Assembly: GCA_965263035.1 (NCBI GenBank)
Contig: OZ253580.1
Span: forward strand, 4,768,001-4,832,000
Direction of reading: 5' to 3'
Source of the DNA: Acidobacteriota bacterium
GTDB lineage: Bacteria; Acidobacteriota; UBA6911; RPQK01; JAJDTT01
Length of the DNA: 64,000 bases
In this document: positions 28,373 to 38,349 of the stretch, one piece after another
How the letters are laid out: each line of letters begins with the position of its first letter
How positions within the stretch are numbered: position 1 is the stretch's first letter
Notes under the pieces: generated by a model
What the model saw: only the letters and a program-made list of their open reading frames with translations
Database searches by the model: none
What the model was told of the DNA's origin: nothing
Program-made: the position numbers and the translations under genes

Positions 28373-30898
28373 TCAAGGACTGGAGTCGGAAACAGCCGAA
28401 GAATCATTCGAAGAATCAAGACGGGTAAACGCTTCGTCACTCCATTGCACGTTCCCGCCCTTTTGCACGATCCCAATGGCAATGGTGGAGAGCTCGAAGT
28501 CGCTGTTTTCTTCCGGTACGTCCAGGCACATCTCCAGGATGGTGGGTTCCTGGAAGTTCCAGGGAAAAGACGCCGCCTGTTCTCCCGTGATCTCCAAGCT
28601 GCCGGGTGATTCCGCCGTCGGATTCCCCTTCAGATCGAAGGAGCGGAAATAGAGTCGAGTGCCGGCCGGGGCGCCGCGTTCCGGCTCGGCGGTCACCGAG
28701 GCGAAACCAAGATCCCTTCCGGCGCCGAAGACGCCGGTGATGTCCTGGCAGTCCCCATCCCCCAGCCACTCACGCGGGGTCTGGCCCGAGACGGAAAATA
28801 CCTCCTGAATATCTCCGTTTGCCTCTTCCTCCACCAGGTACCGCCCTTGAACCCGCAGCGAGTCGACCGTGCAGGGCGAGCGGACGAACACGGAAACGGC
28901 TCCAACCACCAACTCCTCCGAGTCCGCCGTCAAGGTCAGGATTCGGGCTCCACCTCTGGGAACGGTAGCCTCGTACAGGTTCCCTTCAATAGGTTGTCCG
29001 TCGAACAGAATCTCCGGAGCTTCGAAGGTTCCCCGGTGAAAGAGCAGCGCCATTTCGCAGGATTGGGGATCAGGGTCCCGGTTGGTGATCAGGATTTCAG
29101 CTTCGGCGGTGTTCACCCCGAGAGGGCCCATGAAGACATGGGGCAGAACGGCTGAGGTAGCACAGGGATCGCCGTCCCACAGGGAGAGGCAGTACGGAGG
29201 GGGATAGCGCTCTTGATCGATGTCACTGGGAGGCCGCGACGATCTCACGTCGGCGACCGCTGCCGGAGATGAACCGTCGCTGTTCGAGGCCCGTAACTCG
29301 ATCGACTTGTACGCGACCTCCGTGGGGAGACCCGTCAAGGTCCACTCGATGGTCACTCCCTTGCCCGGTCTCAACCAGGTCTTGGGGATCTCCGTGCTGT
29401 CGACCAAGATCTCGAAATCGAATCCCCGAAGGCGGTACCGGTAAACGGCGGTGGGGTCGCCGGGATCGTCCCAGGTCACCTTGATCCGGTCCGGCCCGAC
29501 CCAGCGTGCGCCCAGGTTCAACACGTACAGGTCGGGCAGACGACTCAGCTCCGGAGGTACAGGTCCCGTCAATCGGTTTCCCCGAAAGCTGAACTGCCAC
29601 AGGGTGGACAGTTGCCCCAACTCGGCCGGAAAGGGACCGCTCAACCGGTTGTGCTGGAGATGCAAGAACAACAGCTCCGACAGTTGACCCAGTACAGGCG
29701 GGATGGGCCCCGTCAGCCGGTTGTGGTCGAGGTGTAAGGTGCCCAGCCGGAACAATTGGCCCAGCTCGTTCGGGATGGAGTCCGTCAGCCGGTTGTGGTC
29801 CAGGCGCAACCCTATGAGTCGGGACAGTTGGCCCAGTTCGAGCGGAATCGGACCCGTCAGGACATTGTGTTCGAGGCGCAACCATTCCAACCGGGAAAGC
29901 CGGGCCAACTCGGCCGGGATGGGCCCCGTCAGGCGGTTGTGATGGAGCCGCAGCCAATCCAGCCGGGACAGTCGGGCCAACTCGAGCGGAATCGGGCCGG
30001 TCAACTGGTTTTCACCGAGCAACAGCCATCGCAAGCGGGACAGTTCGGCGAGCTGGGGTGGGATGGGACCCGTCAGCCGGTTGCCGCCGAGCACCAGCCA
30101 TTGAAGTTGGGACAGTTGGGCGAGTTCGTTGGGTATCGGACCCGTCAGGTGGCTGTCTGGTAGGTACAATGACCGTAGTTGGGACAGTTGGCCCAGTTCC
30201 GCCGGTATCGGACCCGCCAGTTGGTTCTGGCCCAGGCTCAGGTGTTGCAAATGGGACAGTTGAGCCAGTTCTTTCGGTATCGGACCGGTCAACTGGTTGT
30301 CGCGTAGTGAAAACACCCTCAACTGGGACAATTGGACCAGTTCCTTTGGAATCGGACCCGTCAGATGGTTTTCTCCGAGTGACAACTGTTCCAATCTCTC
30401 CAGTTGGGCCAGTTCGACCGGGATTGGCCCGTTCAGTTGATTTCCGGTGAGTCCCAACGATTGCAGTCGGGTCATTTCGCCGATTTGTCGTGGAATCGGA
30501 CCCGTCAACTGGTTGTAGTAAAGGTGCAACTCCTGCAATTGGGTCAGATTTGCCAGTTCTGCTGGAATCTGGCCGGTCAACTGGGTTTCTCTGAGTTTCA
30601 AGGCCGACACTCGACTTGGCGATCCGGAGATGGTGATTCCTTGCCAGTCGGAGATTGCCAAATCGGCATCCCAGTTCAGGGAGCCGGTTCCGGCCAACTC
30701 TTCGCGCAGCCCCAACAGGACGGTACAGTCTGCGACCAAGCCGCGGTTCTTGTCCGGATCGGGTACGGCCGTGCCATCATCGCAGGCCAGCAGACGAGCA
30801 TTGCCCGTCGTGAGAAGGAGGACGAATGTGAGGCTCCACAACGAGGTGGCCCCGATGGAAGCCGGGGCTCCGTTTCGCGATAACATCGGTATACCCAT
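28373..30898 (-). CDS. Secreted plant-type LRR protein (cap + 15 x 24-aa LRR + FN3-like + Cys-rich C-terminal domain)
   Basis: NxLTGPIPxELxxLxxLxxLxL repeats counted in the translation. Confidence 0.92.
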   Translation of the reverse strand: MGIPMLSRNGAPASIGATSLWSLTFVLLLTTGNARLLACDDGTAVPDPDKNRGLVADCTVLLGLREELAGTGSLNWDADLAISDWQGITISGSPSRVSALKLRETQLTGQIPAELANLTQLQELHLYYNQLTGPIPRQIGEMTRLQSLGLTGNQLNGPIPVELAQLERLEQLSLGENHLTGPIPKELVQLSQLRVFSLRDNQLTGPIPKELAQLSHLQHLSLGQNQLAGPIPAELGQLSQLRSLYLPDSHLTGPIPNELAQLSQLQWLVLGGNRLTGPIPPQLAELSRLRWLLLGENQLTGPIPLELARLSRLDWLRLHHNRLTGPIPAELARLSRLEWLRLEHNVLTGPIPLELGQLSRLIGLRLDHNRLTDSIPNELGQLFRLGTLHLDHNRLTGPIPPVLGQLSELLFLHLQHNRLSGPFPAELGQLSTLWQFSFRGNRLTGPVPPELSRLPDLYVLNLGARWVGPDRIKVTWDDPGDPTAVYRYRLRGFDFEILVDSTEIPKTWLRPGKGVTIEWTLTGLPTEVAYKSIELRASNSDGSSPAAVADVRSSRPPSDIDQERYPPPYCLSLWDGDPCATSAVLPHVFMGPLGVNTAEAEILITNRDPDPQSCEMALLFHRGTFEAPEILFDGQPIEGNLYEATVPRGGARILTLTADSEELVVGAVSVFVRSPCTVDSLRVQGRYLVEEEANGDIQEVFSVSGQTPREWLGDGDCQDITGVFGAGRDLGFASVTAEPERGAPAGTRLYFRSFDLKGNPTAESPGSLEITGEQAASFPWNFQEPTILEMCLDVPEENSDFELSTIAIGIVQKGGNVQWSDEAFTRLDSSNDSSAVSDSSP

Positions 30899-30943
30899 TG
30901 CTCAGGTTACGTTACATTTCCAGCCGCCGGTTTCGCGTCCGCG

Positions 30944-30975
30944 ATGAAGAGTGGGGACAAGAATGTCCCCTCTCC
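30944..30975 (-). repeat. GGAG-foot REP-like hairpin
   Basis: Reverse complement GGAGAGGGGACATTCTTGTCCCCACTCTTCAT. Confidence 0.7.
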
Positions 30976-31017
30976 CAGTTCTTTGCGGACTTGTCATGAC
31001 TGACTCCTGATCCGAGC

Positions 31018-33543
31018 TCAACGTCCGGACTCCGACCACGCCGAGGGATTCTCCGACCCGTACCTGTCCACGACGGCTTCATCACTCCACTGCACATTGC
31101 CTCCCTTCTGGACGATTCCGATGGCGATGGTGGAAATCTGAAATTCGCTGTCCGTTCCCGGAAGCTCCAGGCACATCTCGATGATGGTGGGCTCCCGAAA
31201 GCGCCATGGAAACGAAGCGGTCTGTTCCCCGGTGATCTCCAGGCTCCTGAGCGGGTTATCCAGGGGGTTCCCTTCCAGATCGAAGGAGCGAAAAAGGAGT
31301 CGAGCGCCTTCTGGGGCTTCTCGCTGGGGATCGGTGGTCACGTAAGCGAGACCCAGATCCCGTCCGGCGCCGAAGACTCCGGTCAAGACCTGGCAGTCCC
31401 TGTCTCCCAGCCATTCCTCGGAAGATTGGCCCGAAACGGAAAAGATCTCCTGGATCTCTCCCCCCATCGGGTATTCCACCAGATAGCGTCCCTGAACCTG
31501 CAGCGAGTCGGCCGCACAGGGCGAGCGGACGAAGACCGAGACCGCGCCGACCACCAAGTCCGCCGCATCCGCCGTCAAGGTCAGGATTTGGGCTCCTCCC
31601 GTAGGAACGCTGCCTTGGAAAAGATTCCCTTCAATTGGCTGGTGGTCGAAAAGGATCTCGGGAGCATCGGACGTCCCCCGATGAAAGAGCAATGCTACAT
31701 CGCAGGCCTGTGGATCAAGACCCCGGTGGGTAATGAGTATTTCAGCTTCGGCCGTGTTCTCCCCGAGAGGCCCCATGAAGACGTGGGGAAGAACGGCTGC
31801 GGTGGCACAGGATTCCCCGTCCCACAGGGAGCGACAATAAGGTTCCGCATCCGGCTCCTGGTTCGTGTCGTCGTCCGTGTCGTCGAGAATCTCGCGCGAT
31901 TCCACCGGGGCCCGTGCCTCCCGGCCGGGACCGTCCTTGTTGATCGCCCGCACCGCGATGGTGGTGTAGCCGGCAGCGGCCGGCAGATCCGTCAATGTGG
32001 ATTCGATGGTCAAGCCTTCCCCTGCCGTCAACGCCGTCTCCGGAATCTCCTTCCTGGGGATCCAGTCCCGGAGGGTCAGGGACCAGAGACGGAATTCGTA
32101 GGTGACCGTGGGATCGCCGGGGTCGTCCCAGGTCACCTTTACGCGGCCCGGACCCACCCAGTTCGCCTTCAAGTTCAACACGTACAGGTCGGGCAGATGT
32201 CTCAGCCGTGCGGGAACCGGTCCCGTCAATTGGTTGCCCAGATAGCTGAACTCCTGCAGGCGGGTCAGTCGGCCCAGCTCAGCCGGGAACGGTCCGGTCA
32301 GCCGGTTGTGCTGGAGGTGCAACTGCCAGAGTCTGGTCAGTTGGCCCAGTTCCGGAGGAATCGACCCCGACAGTTGGTTGTTGTGGAGGTGCAACCACTC
32401 CAACCGGGTGAGGCGACCCAGCTCCGGTGGGATCCGTCCCGTCAACAGGTTGTCGGAGAGGTCCAGGTAAGCCAGATTGGTCAATTGGCCGAACTCGGCC
32501 GGGATCGGTCCCGACAACTGGTTGTGGGAGAGATTCAACGAACCGAGACGGGTCAATTGGATCAACTCCACCGGGATCGGTTCCGTCAGCCGGTTGTCGG
32601 AGAGATTCAATCCTCCCAACCGGGCCATCCGGCCCAACTCCTTCGGAATCGCTCCCGTCAACTGATTCGACGACAGATCCATTGAGGACAGATTGGTCAA
32701 CCGCCCCAACTCCTTCGGAATCGGTCCCGACAGACGATTGTCGTGAAGCTCCAGCCAGGTCATCCCCGTCACTTGCCCCAACTCCGGCGGGATTCGTCCC
32801 GTCAGCCGGTTCGAGAAAAGGTGCAACACCAGCAATCGGGACAGTTGGCCCAATTCACCCGGGATCGGTCCCGTGAGCCGGTTCTCACCGAGCCGCATAC
32901 TGTGTAGCCGGGACAGTTGCCCCAACTCTGCCGGGATCGGTCCCGTCAGTTGGTTGTCGGAGAGGTTCAACGCGTTCATCCGCGTGAGTTTCCCCAACTC
33001 GACTGGGATCCCTCCCGTTAGCTGGTTTTCGTAGATCCACAACTGCCCTAGCTGAGACAACTGGCCCAACTCGACTGGGATCTCTCCGGTCAGTCCGTTG
33101 GAGTTGAGCAGTAAACTCGTGAGCCGGGACAGTTGTCCAAGTTCTGCCGGGATCCCTCCCGTCAACTGATGGTCGGAGATATCCAAATACCGCAGATGGG
33201 ACAGTCGGCTCAGTTCCGGCGGGATCCGTCCCCTCAACCGGTTGCCGAAGATCTCAATCCTGGTGACGCGTGCCGGCGCCCCCGTGGCCCTGATTCCTTC
33301 CCAATCGTTAATGGGCAAACCCGCGTTCCAGTTCAGGGATCCAGCCCCGTCCAACTTGTCACGAGCGGCCAGCAGAGCTTTGCAGTCCTCGACCAGGCCG
33401 GGGTTGCTCTTCGGATTCGGCACCGCCCGGCCGTCGTCGCAGGCCTGCACCAGGGGATTTCCGGTCGTTAGAAGAAGAACGAGCGTGAGGATCCATCCCG
33501 CAGTGGAAGGAAACCATCCTCGCCAAGCCGTCGTGTTACTCAT
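31018..33543 (-). CDS. Secreted plant-type LRR protein, paralog with the same architecture (15 LRRs)
   Basis: Same cap (CDDGxAVPxPxxNxGLVxDC), 15 repeats, FN3-like and C-terminal domain; start placed at MSNTTAW. Confidence 0.92.
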   Translation of the reverse strand: MSNTTAWRGWFPSTAGWILTLVLLLTTGNPLVQACDDGRAVPNPKSNPGLVEDCKALLAARDKLDGAGSLNWNAGLPINDWEGIRATGAPARVTRIEIFGNRLRGRIPPELSRLSHLRYLDISDHQLTGGIPAELGQLSRLTSLLLNSNGLTGEIPVELGQLSQLGQLWIYENQLTGGIPVELGKLTRMNALNLSDNQLTGPIPAELGQLSRLHSMRLGENRLTGPIPGELGQLSRLLVLHLFSNRLTGRIPPELGQVTGMTWLELHDNRLSGPIPKELGRLTNLSSMDLSSNQLTGAIPKELGRMARLGGLNLSDNRLTEPIPVELIQLTRLGSLNLSHNQLSGPIPAEFGQLTNLAYLDLSDNLLTGRIPPELGRLTRLEWLHLHNNQLSGSIPPELGQLTRLWQLHLQHNRLTGPFPAELGRLTRLQEFSYLGNQLTGPVPARLRHLPDLYVLNLKANWVGPGRVKVTWDDPGDPTVTYEFRLWSLTLRDWIPRKEIPETALTAGEGLTIESTLTDLPAAAGYTTIAVRAINKDGPGREARAPVESREILDDTDDDTNQEPDAEPYCRSLWDGESCATAAVLPHVFMGPLGENTAEAEILITHRGLDPQACDVALLFHRGTSDAPEILFDHQPIEGNLFQGSVPTGGAQILTLTADAADLVVGAVSVFVRSPCAADSLQVQGRYLVEYPMGGEIQEIFSVSGQSSEEWLGDRDCQVLTGVFGAGRDLGLAYVTTDPQREAPEGARLLFRSFDLEGNPLDNPLRSLEITGEQTASFPWRFREPTIIEMCLELPGTDSEFQISTIAIGIVQKGGNVQWSDEAVVDRYGSENPSAWSESGR

Positions 33544-33694
33544 CTTCTGTCCCTGAAGGCGAGAAATCGGAGAAAAGAGGCTCACGCCCGTCGGTTTGGA
33601 TGAAGATAACGCATGTTCGGTCCGGGCGAAATTCACAGGAGTTCCCCCAAAAAAATGGGGAAAGTCCTGGGAATTCGCTGTTGCCGGGGCAGAG

Positions 33695-33703
33695 TGGTAT
33701 AAT
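33695..33703 (+). promoter_or_regulatory. Extended -10 promoter element (TGnTATAAT)
   Basis: TGGTATAAT ~40 bp upstream of the 33742 CDS. Confidence 0.5.
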
Positions 33704-33741
33704 TCGAAATCGCTTCTCAGTCAACAACCGGAAAGCTCCGA

Positions 33742-35658
33742 GTGGTGAAACGCTGGCAACACCGCAACCGTCCCAGGTTCTCCGGACTCGGTTCGTTTTT
33801 CTTCGGGGTGGCCTGTATCGCGCTGTTGTGGTTTGTTTCGTCCACGGGCCGACTCCAGGCGCAATCCTCCGGCGATGAGGCCCTTCCCGAGCCGACGTTG
33901 ATCTCGGTCTTTCCTCCCGGCGGGCAGCAGGGATCCCGGATCGAACTCGAGATCCGGGGGGAAGCGCTGGACGGCGCCTATTCGGTTGTCTTCGGTTCCG
34001 TCGGCTTGGAGGCTCAGGTCGGTGAAGTCGAGAAGCTTGAGGCGCGGGAACCGGCGACGCCGTCTCCCAAGAAGAAATCGTACCCCCTCTTTCGAGTGAC
34101 GGCGCACCTCACCGTGGACTCGTCGGTTCCCGCCGGAACCCATCGGTTTCGCTTGGTTTCTCATCGAGGGGTTTCCAACGCGCTCCATTTCCGGGTCGAC
34201 GAAGACACCGTCACCAGCGAGATCGAAACCCCACATCCATCGGCCCGGCAGGCGCAGGAGATCGACCTCCCTGTCATCGTCAACGGCCGTATCGGCGAGC
34301 ATGGCGAACTGGACGCCTATCGGTTCGACGCGGTTGCCGGTCAGGAGCTGACCTTCGTAATCACCCAGGCCGCACACTTCGAGCCCCGGCTTGCCCTTTA
34401 CCGTCCGACCGGGAGCTGGCTCGATCCCGACCGTCCCACCCGGCTCCTTTTCCGGGAGCAGGTGTCTTCCGACCTGATTCCGGTTCGGCACCGTTTCTCC
34501 TACCGTGTGGCGGAGTCGGGACTCTACCTGTTGGAGGTTGCGTCGCTCTTGGGAAAAGGGGGCCCCGACTGTGGCTATCAGCTTCGGGTTCTGACCGCCG
34601 GCCCGGCTCCGCAGGCAACGTCTGAACCCACGTGGACCGAACGACACTTCACCCGGAAGATCGATGCCGATTGGACCGACCGTCTCCGATCCCGGACCGT
34701 CCTCCAGGAGCAGCCGCATTCCCAAGGCCGCGAGACGGCCACCGGGGCCGGCAGCCTGGCGGTCTCCCCGGATGCTACGCCGTCGGCGACGGATCGAACC
34801 CCCCAGGGTCTGGCCCGGCTGCTGGAGCGGGAGCCCAACGAGCTGCGCGGACAGGCGTTGCCGGCTTCCATAGGGGAGCTCATCGACGGCACTATCGGCG
34901 CCCCGGGCGACCGCGACACCTACACCTTCGAGGGGGAGGCGGGCACCCAACTGATTCTCGAGCTGGCGACGCCGCGGGTGGGGCCGCCCCATTTCAATCC
35001 GCGCGTGGAGCTGTACGAAGACCAGGGTGGTTCGGTGCTGGCCAACGTCCACAAGTATGGAACGATCTACAACGGCGGCGGTATTCCGAGTTCCTTCTTG
35101 AAGACGGTCGAACCCAAGATGGCCTACACGCTGGAGCGAAGCGGCCGGTTCTTTGTGGAGGTTCGCGACGTCACCTCGCGTTACGGCGGCCCGGACTACG
35201 AGTACCGGTTGCTGGTTCGAACCCCGATTCCCCATGTCGGGGCCTTCGACGTGGACCCCGTCGAACGCATCAACCTGGTCCCGGGAATAGCCAGAAAGCT
35301 GAGCATCGTCACTCACCAGGAAGAAGGCTTTGCCGGTGAAGTCCTCTTCGCCTGTTCCAACCTGCCGCCCGGTGTCCAGATCTTCCCGGGTGCCGATGTG
35401 GAGAAGAAGAGTTCCGCATCCGTCAGCAAACAGGAGGAAAGTTTCCTGCCCGGAATACAGAAGACGACCCTGGTCCTTCTGGCCGAACCGGATGCTCCGG
35501 TGACCCGCATGCCCGAGTGGATTCGGATCACCGCCAGACCCGTGGTCGGAGGACGGGTCGGCGCGGACCTGCCCGTCTTGGAAGTTCCGCTGATGGTGGT
35601 CGCACCGGCCGATCCGGAGAGCAACTCCGGGGAAGGGGACTCCCAATCGTCGTCATGA
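33742..35658 (+). CDS. Secreted PPC-domain protein of DUF1549/DUF1501 operons
   Basis: SVFPPGGQQG start, EREPN, GTIGAPGDRDTYTF pre-peptidase C-terminal repeats. Confidence 0.8.
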   Translation: MVKRWQHRNRPRFSGLGSFFFGVACIALLWFVSSTGRLQAQSSGDEALPEPTLISVFPPGGQQGSRIELEIRGEALDGAYSVVFGSVGLEAQVGEVEKLEAREPATPSPKKKSYPLFRVTAHLTVDSSVPAGTHRFRLVSHRGVSNALHFRVDEDTVTSEIETPHPSARQAQEIDLPVIVNGRIGEHGELDAYRFDAVAGQELTFVITQAAHFEPRLALYRPTGSWLDPDRPTRLLFREQVSSDLIPVRHRFSYRVAESGLYLLEVASLLGKGGPDCGYQLRVLTAGPAPQATSEPTWTERHFTRKIDADWTDRLRSRTVLQEQPHSQGRETATGAGSLAVSPDATPSATDRTPQGLARLLEREPNELRGQALPASIGELIDGTIGAPGDRDTYTFEGEAGTQLILELATPRVGPPHFNPRVELYEDQGGSVLANVHKYGTIYNGGGIPSSFLKTVEPKMAYTLERSGRFFVEVRDVTSRYGGPDYEYRLLVRTPIPHVGAFDVDPVERINLVPGIARKLSIVTHQEEGFAGEVLFACSNLPPGVQIFPGADVEKKSSASVSKQEESFLPGIQKTTLVLLAEPDAPVTRMPEWIRITARPVVGGRVGADLPVLEVPLMVVAPADPESNSGEGDSQSSS

Positions 35659-38240
35659 AGGTCCGGGTGTCCGATTGGATCACTTCCCAATGGAATCGAT
35701 GCGGGCGGAGGCCCGGCCCCATTCTCTGCTCGACGGTCATCGTCGTTTCCTCAGTCCTTGTTTGCGCGATGGCCGCCTTCGAGGCGCCGGCGCCGAGCCA
35801 CTCCCCGACACTGCTCGCTCTGAGATTGGTCCCGGAGCAGGCGCACTTGACGGGTCCGGAGGCTGCCCAGCGTTTCGTCGTCATGGGGACGTTCGCCGAT
35901 GGTCTGGAGAGGGATCTGACCTCGGACAGCCGGCTTCGAATTTCCGATCCTGAACTGGCGCGCGTGGGTGACGCCGGCAGGGTCGTCGCCCTGGCGCCGG
36001 GCGAGGTGACTCTCCGGGCCCGGATCGGGGGGCGCGAAGCCCAGTCCCGGATTCGAATCGATCCCGGCGCGGCTCAGAGACCCTTCCGTTTCGACCGCGA
36101 TATCGCCTCCATTCTGACCAAACGGGGCTGCAACGCCAGCGAGTGCCACGGCAGCGTCAAGGGAAAGGGAGGTCTCAAGCTCTCCCTCGACGCTCTCTAT
36201 CCGGAAGAGGACCACGAGTGGATCGTGAAAGGGGGGATCTACCAGGTCCTGGTCATGGAATCGGGCGGTCCGCGGGTGCCGCGCGTGAATCCGGAGCGTC
36301 CGGAGGAGAGCCTGCTGCTGCAGAAGGCCGCCATGCAGGTGATCCACGGCGGCGGTGAGCGCCTGGGCGCCGACTCTGCGGACTACGCCGCCCTTCTGGA
36401 TTGGATCCGGGAAGGGGCCGAATATGGCGACCGAAATGAAGATGGGCGGATAGTCCGGGTGACGGTCTTCCCGCAGGAATCCGTCTTGGACGGCAAGGGT
36501 GTACAGCAGCTTCTGGTGACCGCCTACGGACCCGACGGCCGTGGCGAGGACATCAGTCACCAGGCTCGCTACGTCTCCCAGAACCCCCACGTCGTGACGG
36601 TCGACGAAAACGGCCGGGTCACGGCCGCCGGGACGGGAGAGACCACCATCCTGGTCCGCACCGCCGGTCACGCCCTCAGCGCACGCTTCGGAGTCGTGGA
36701 TGCGTCGGCCCCAGTCGACTTCAGAATCGAGCCCCGCAATCTCATCGACGAGCACGTCTTCGCCAAACTGCGAAAGTTCCAGATCCGTCCTTCTGCGCTT
36801 TCCAGCGATTCGGAATTCCTGCGCCGCGTCTGTATGGACATCACCGGCACCCTGCCGCCGCCGGATCGCGTCCGGGAATTCCTGGCCGACCGCGACCCGC
36901 GGAAACGGGACAAGCTCATCGAGACTCTCCTGGACTCTCCCCAGTACGTGGACTATTGGAGTTTCCTGTTCGGGGACCTGTTCCGGGTGACCTACACCTC
37001 CGTGGGCTCGCTCAAGGAGGTCAAGGCATACGGCGACTGGGTCCGCAACGGCATCCTCCAGAACAAGCCCTACGACCGCATGGCGCGGGAACGTATCGCC
37101 GCTCAGGGGTACGCGGCTCCCACCCGTCACTTTTTTCGTTATACCGAACTGGTCGTGCCCCACGAGATCATGGCCGAGCAGGTCCGCGTCTTCATGGGGC
37201 GCCGGCTGGATTGCGCCCAGTGCCACAACCATCCCTTCGAGACCTGGAGCCAGGACCAGTTCTGGGGAATGACCGCCTTTTTCGGCAACGTCACGCAACT
37301 TCTGGATTCCCAATTGGTTTTCGACAATCCGGAGGGTGGGCGATCCTACGACTTGAAACGGGAGGGCATCAAAACCGTCCATCCACGCCGGAAGGAAGAA
37401 GTCCGGGCCGGGTTCCTGGACGGGTCATTCCCGACAGGGGAACAGGAGCGCGATCCGCGCCTGGCTCTGGCCGACTGGATCATCGCCCAGCCCGCCTTCG
37501 CCCGGACCGTCGTGAACCGGGTCTGGGGCTATTACTTCGGCCGGGGAATCGTGGACCCTGTGGACGATTTCAAGGTATCCAACCCGCCGACCCATCCCGA
37601 GCTGCTGTCGGCGCTGGCGGAAGACTTCGTGGAGCACGGCTACGACCTGAAGCACCTGATGAGGCGGATCGTCCGGTCGTGGACCTACCAGACTTCGGGA
37701 GTCCCCAACCGGACCAACCAGGAAGATGGAATCAACTATGCGCGGGCTTTGGCCCGGCCGTTGCAGGCCACCGTCCTGCTGGACGCCATCTCCCACGCCA
37801 CCGGGGTCCCGGAGGAGTTCCCGGTGCACCCCAAGACCGTGCGCACCGGCGCGGCTCGTCCGGGGGCCCGCGCCATCGACCTGATTCCCGAACTGTTTCC
37901 CTGCCATTTCCTCAACGTCTACGGACGGTCCATGCGCAAGTCGCTTCCGGAAAAGCCGTCCCTGACCTTGGCCCAGGCCCTGCACATGTGGGCGGGATCG
38001 ACTTATACGACCAAAATCACCCAGGAGGGCGGACGTCTCGACCGGGCGCTGCGGGAAGGCCTATCCGATGCCCGGATCATCGAAGACTTCTACCTGGCAG
38101 CGCTTTCGCGCTATCCGACCGAACGGGAAAGATCCGACCTGGAAGCGTATGTCCGAGAGGGATCCTCCCCGCGGCCGGAGCAACTGGCGAACCTGATGTG
38201 GGCCCTAATCAGCTCGCGGGAGTTTGCATACAATCATTGA
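35655..38240 (+). CDS. DUF1549/DUF1553 domain protein with Ig-like repeats
   Basis: GCNASECHG, EFLRRV, CAQCHNHP, PTHPELL, EFAYNH; ATGA overlap start. Confidence 0.88.
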   Translation: MKVRVSDWITSQWNRCGRRPGPILCSTVIVVSSVLVCAMAAFEAPAPSHSPTLLALRLVPEQAHLTGPEAAQRFVVMGTFADGLERDLTSDSRLRISDPELARVGDAGRVVALAPGEVTLRARIGGREAQSRIRIDPGAAQRPFRFDRDIASILTKRGCNASECHGSVKGKGGLKLSLDALYPEEDHEWIVKGGIYQVLVMESGGPRVPRVNPERPEESLLLQKAAMQVIHGGGERLGADSADYAALLDWIREGAEYGDRNEDGRIVRVTVFPQESVLDGKGVQQLLVTAYGPDGRGEDISHQARYVSQNPHVVTVDENGRVTAAGTGETTILVRTAGHALSARFGVVDASAPVDFRIEPRNLIDEHVFAKLRKFQIRPSALSSDSEFLRRVCMDITGTLPPPDRVREFLADRDPRKRDKLIETLLDSPQYVDYWSFLFGDLFRVTYTSVGSLKEVKAYGDWVRNGILQNKPYDRMARERIAAQGYAAPTRHFFRYTELVVPHEIMAEQVRVFMGRRLDCAQCHNHPFETWSQDQFWGMTAFFGNVTQLLDSQLVFDNPEGGRSYDLKREGIKTVHPRRKEEVRAGFLDGSFPTGEQERDPRLALADWIIAQPAFARTVVNRVWGYYFGRGIVDPVDDFKVSNPPTHPELLSALAEDFVEHGYDLKHLMRRIVRSWTYQTSGVPNRTNQEDGINYARALARPLQATVLLDAISHATGVPEEFPVHPKTVRTGAARPGARAIDLIPELFPCHFLNVYGRSMRKSLPEKPSLTLAQALHMWAGSTYTTKITQEGGRLDRALREGLSDARIIEDFYLAALSRYPTERERSDLEAYVREGSSPRPEQLANLMWALISSREFAYNH

Positions 38241-38246
38241 GGAACG

Positions 38247-38270
38247 GGAGCGGCGGCTTTCTTGCCGCCG
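38247..38270 (+). repeat. GGAG-foot REP-like hairpin
   Basis: GGAG-CGGCGGCTTTCTTGCCGCCG; same core at 48225..48246. Confidence 0.65.
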
Positions 38271-38349
38271 GACTCCAATGCAACAATGGGCCAAATAAGG
38301 AACGGACGACCGCAACGTCGCCCCCCCAACGAGTAATGGAGAAGGAAAG

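Noticed and set aside
29540-33255. Regular 72-bp periodicity resembling a CRISPR array
   Set aside because: The repeats are degenerate, in frame and encode LRRs; there are no unique spacers or cas genes
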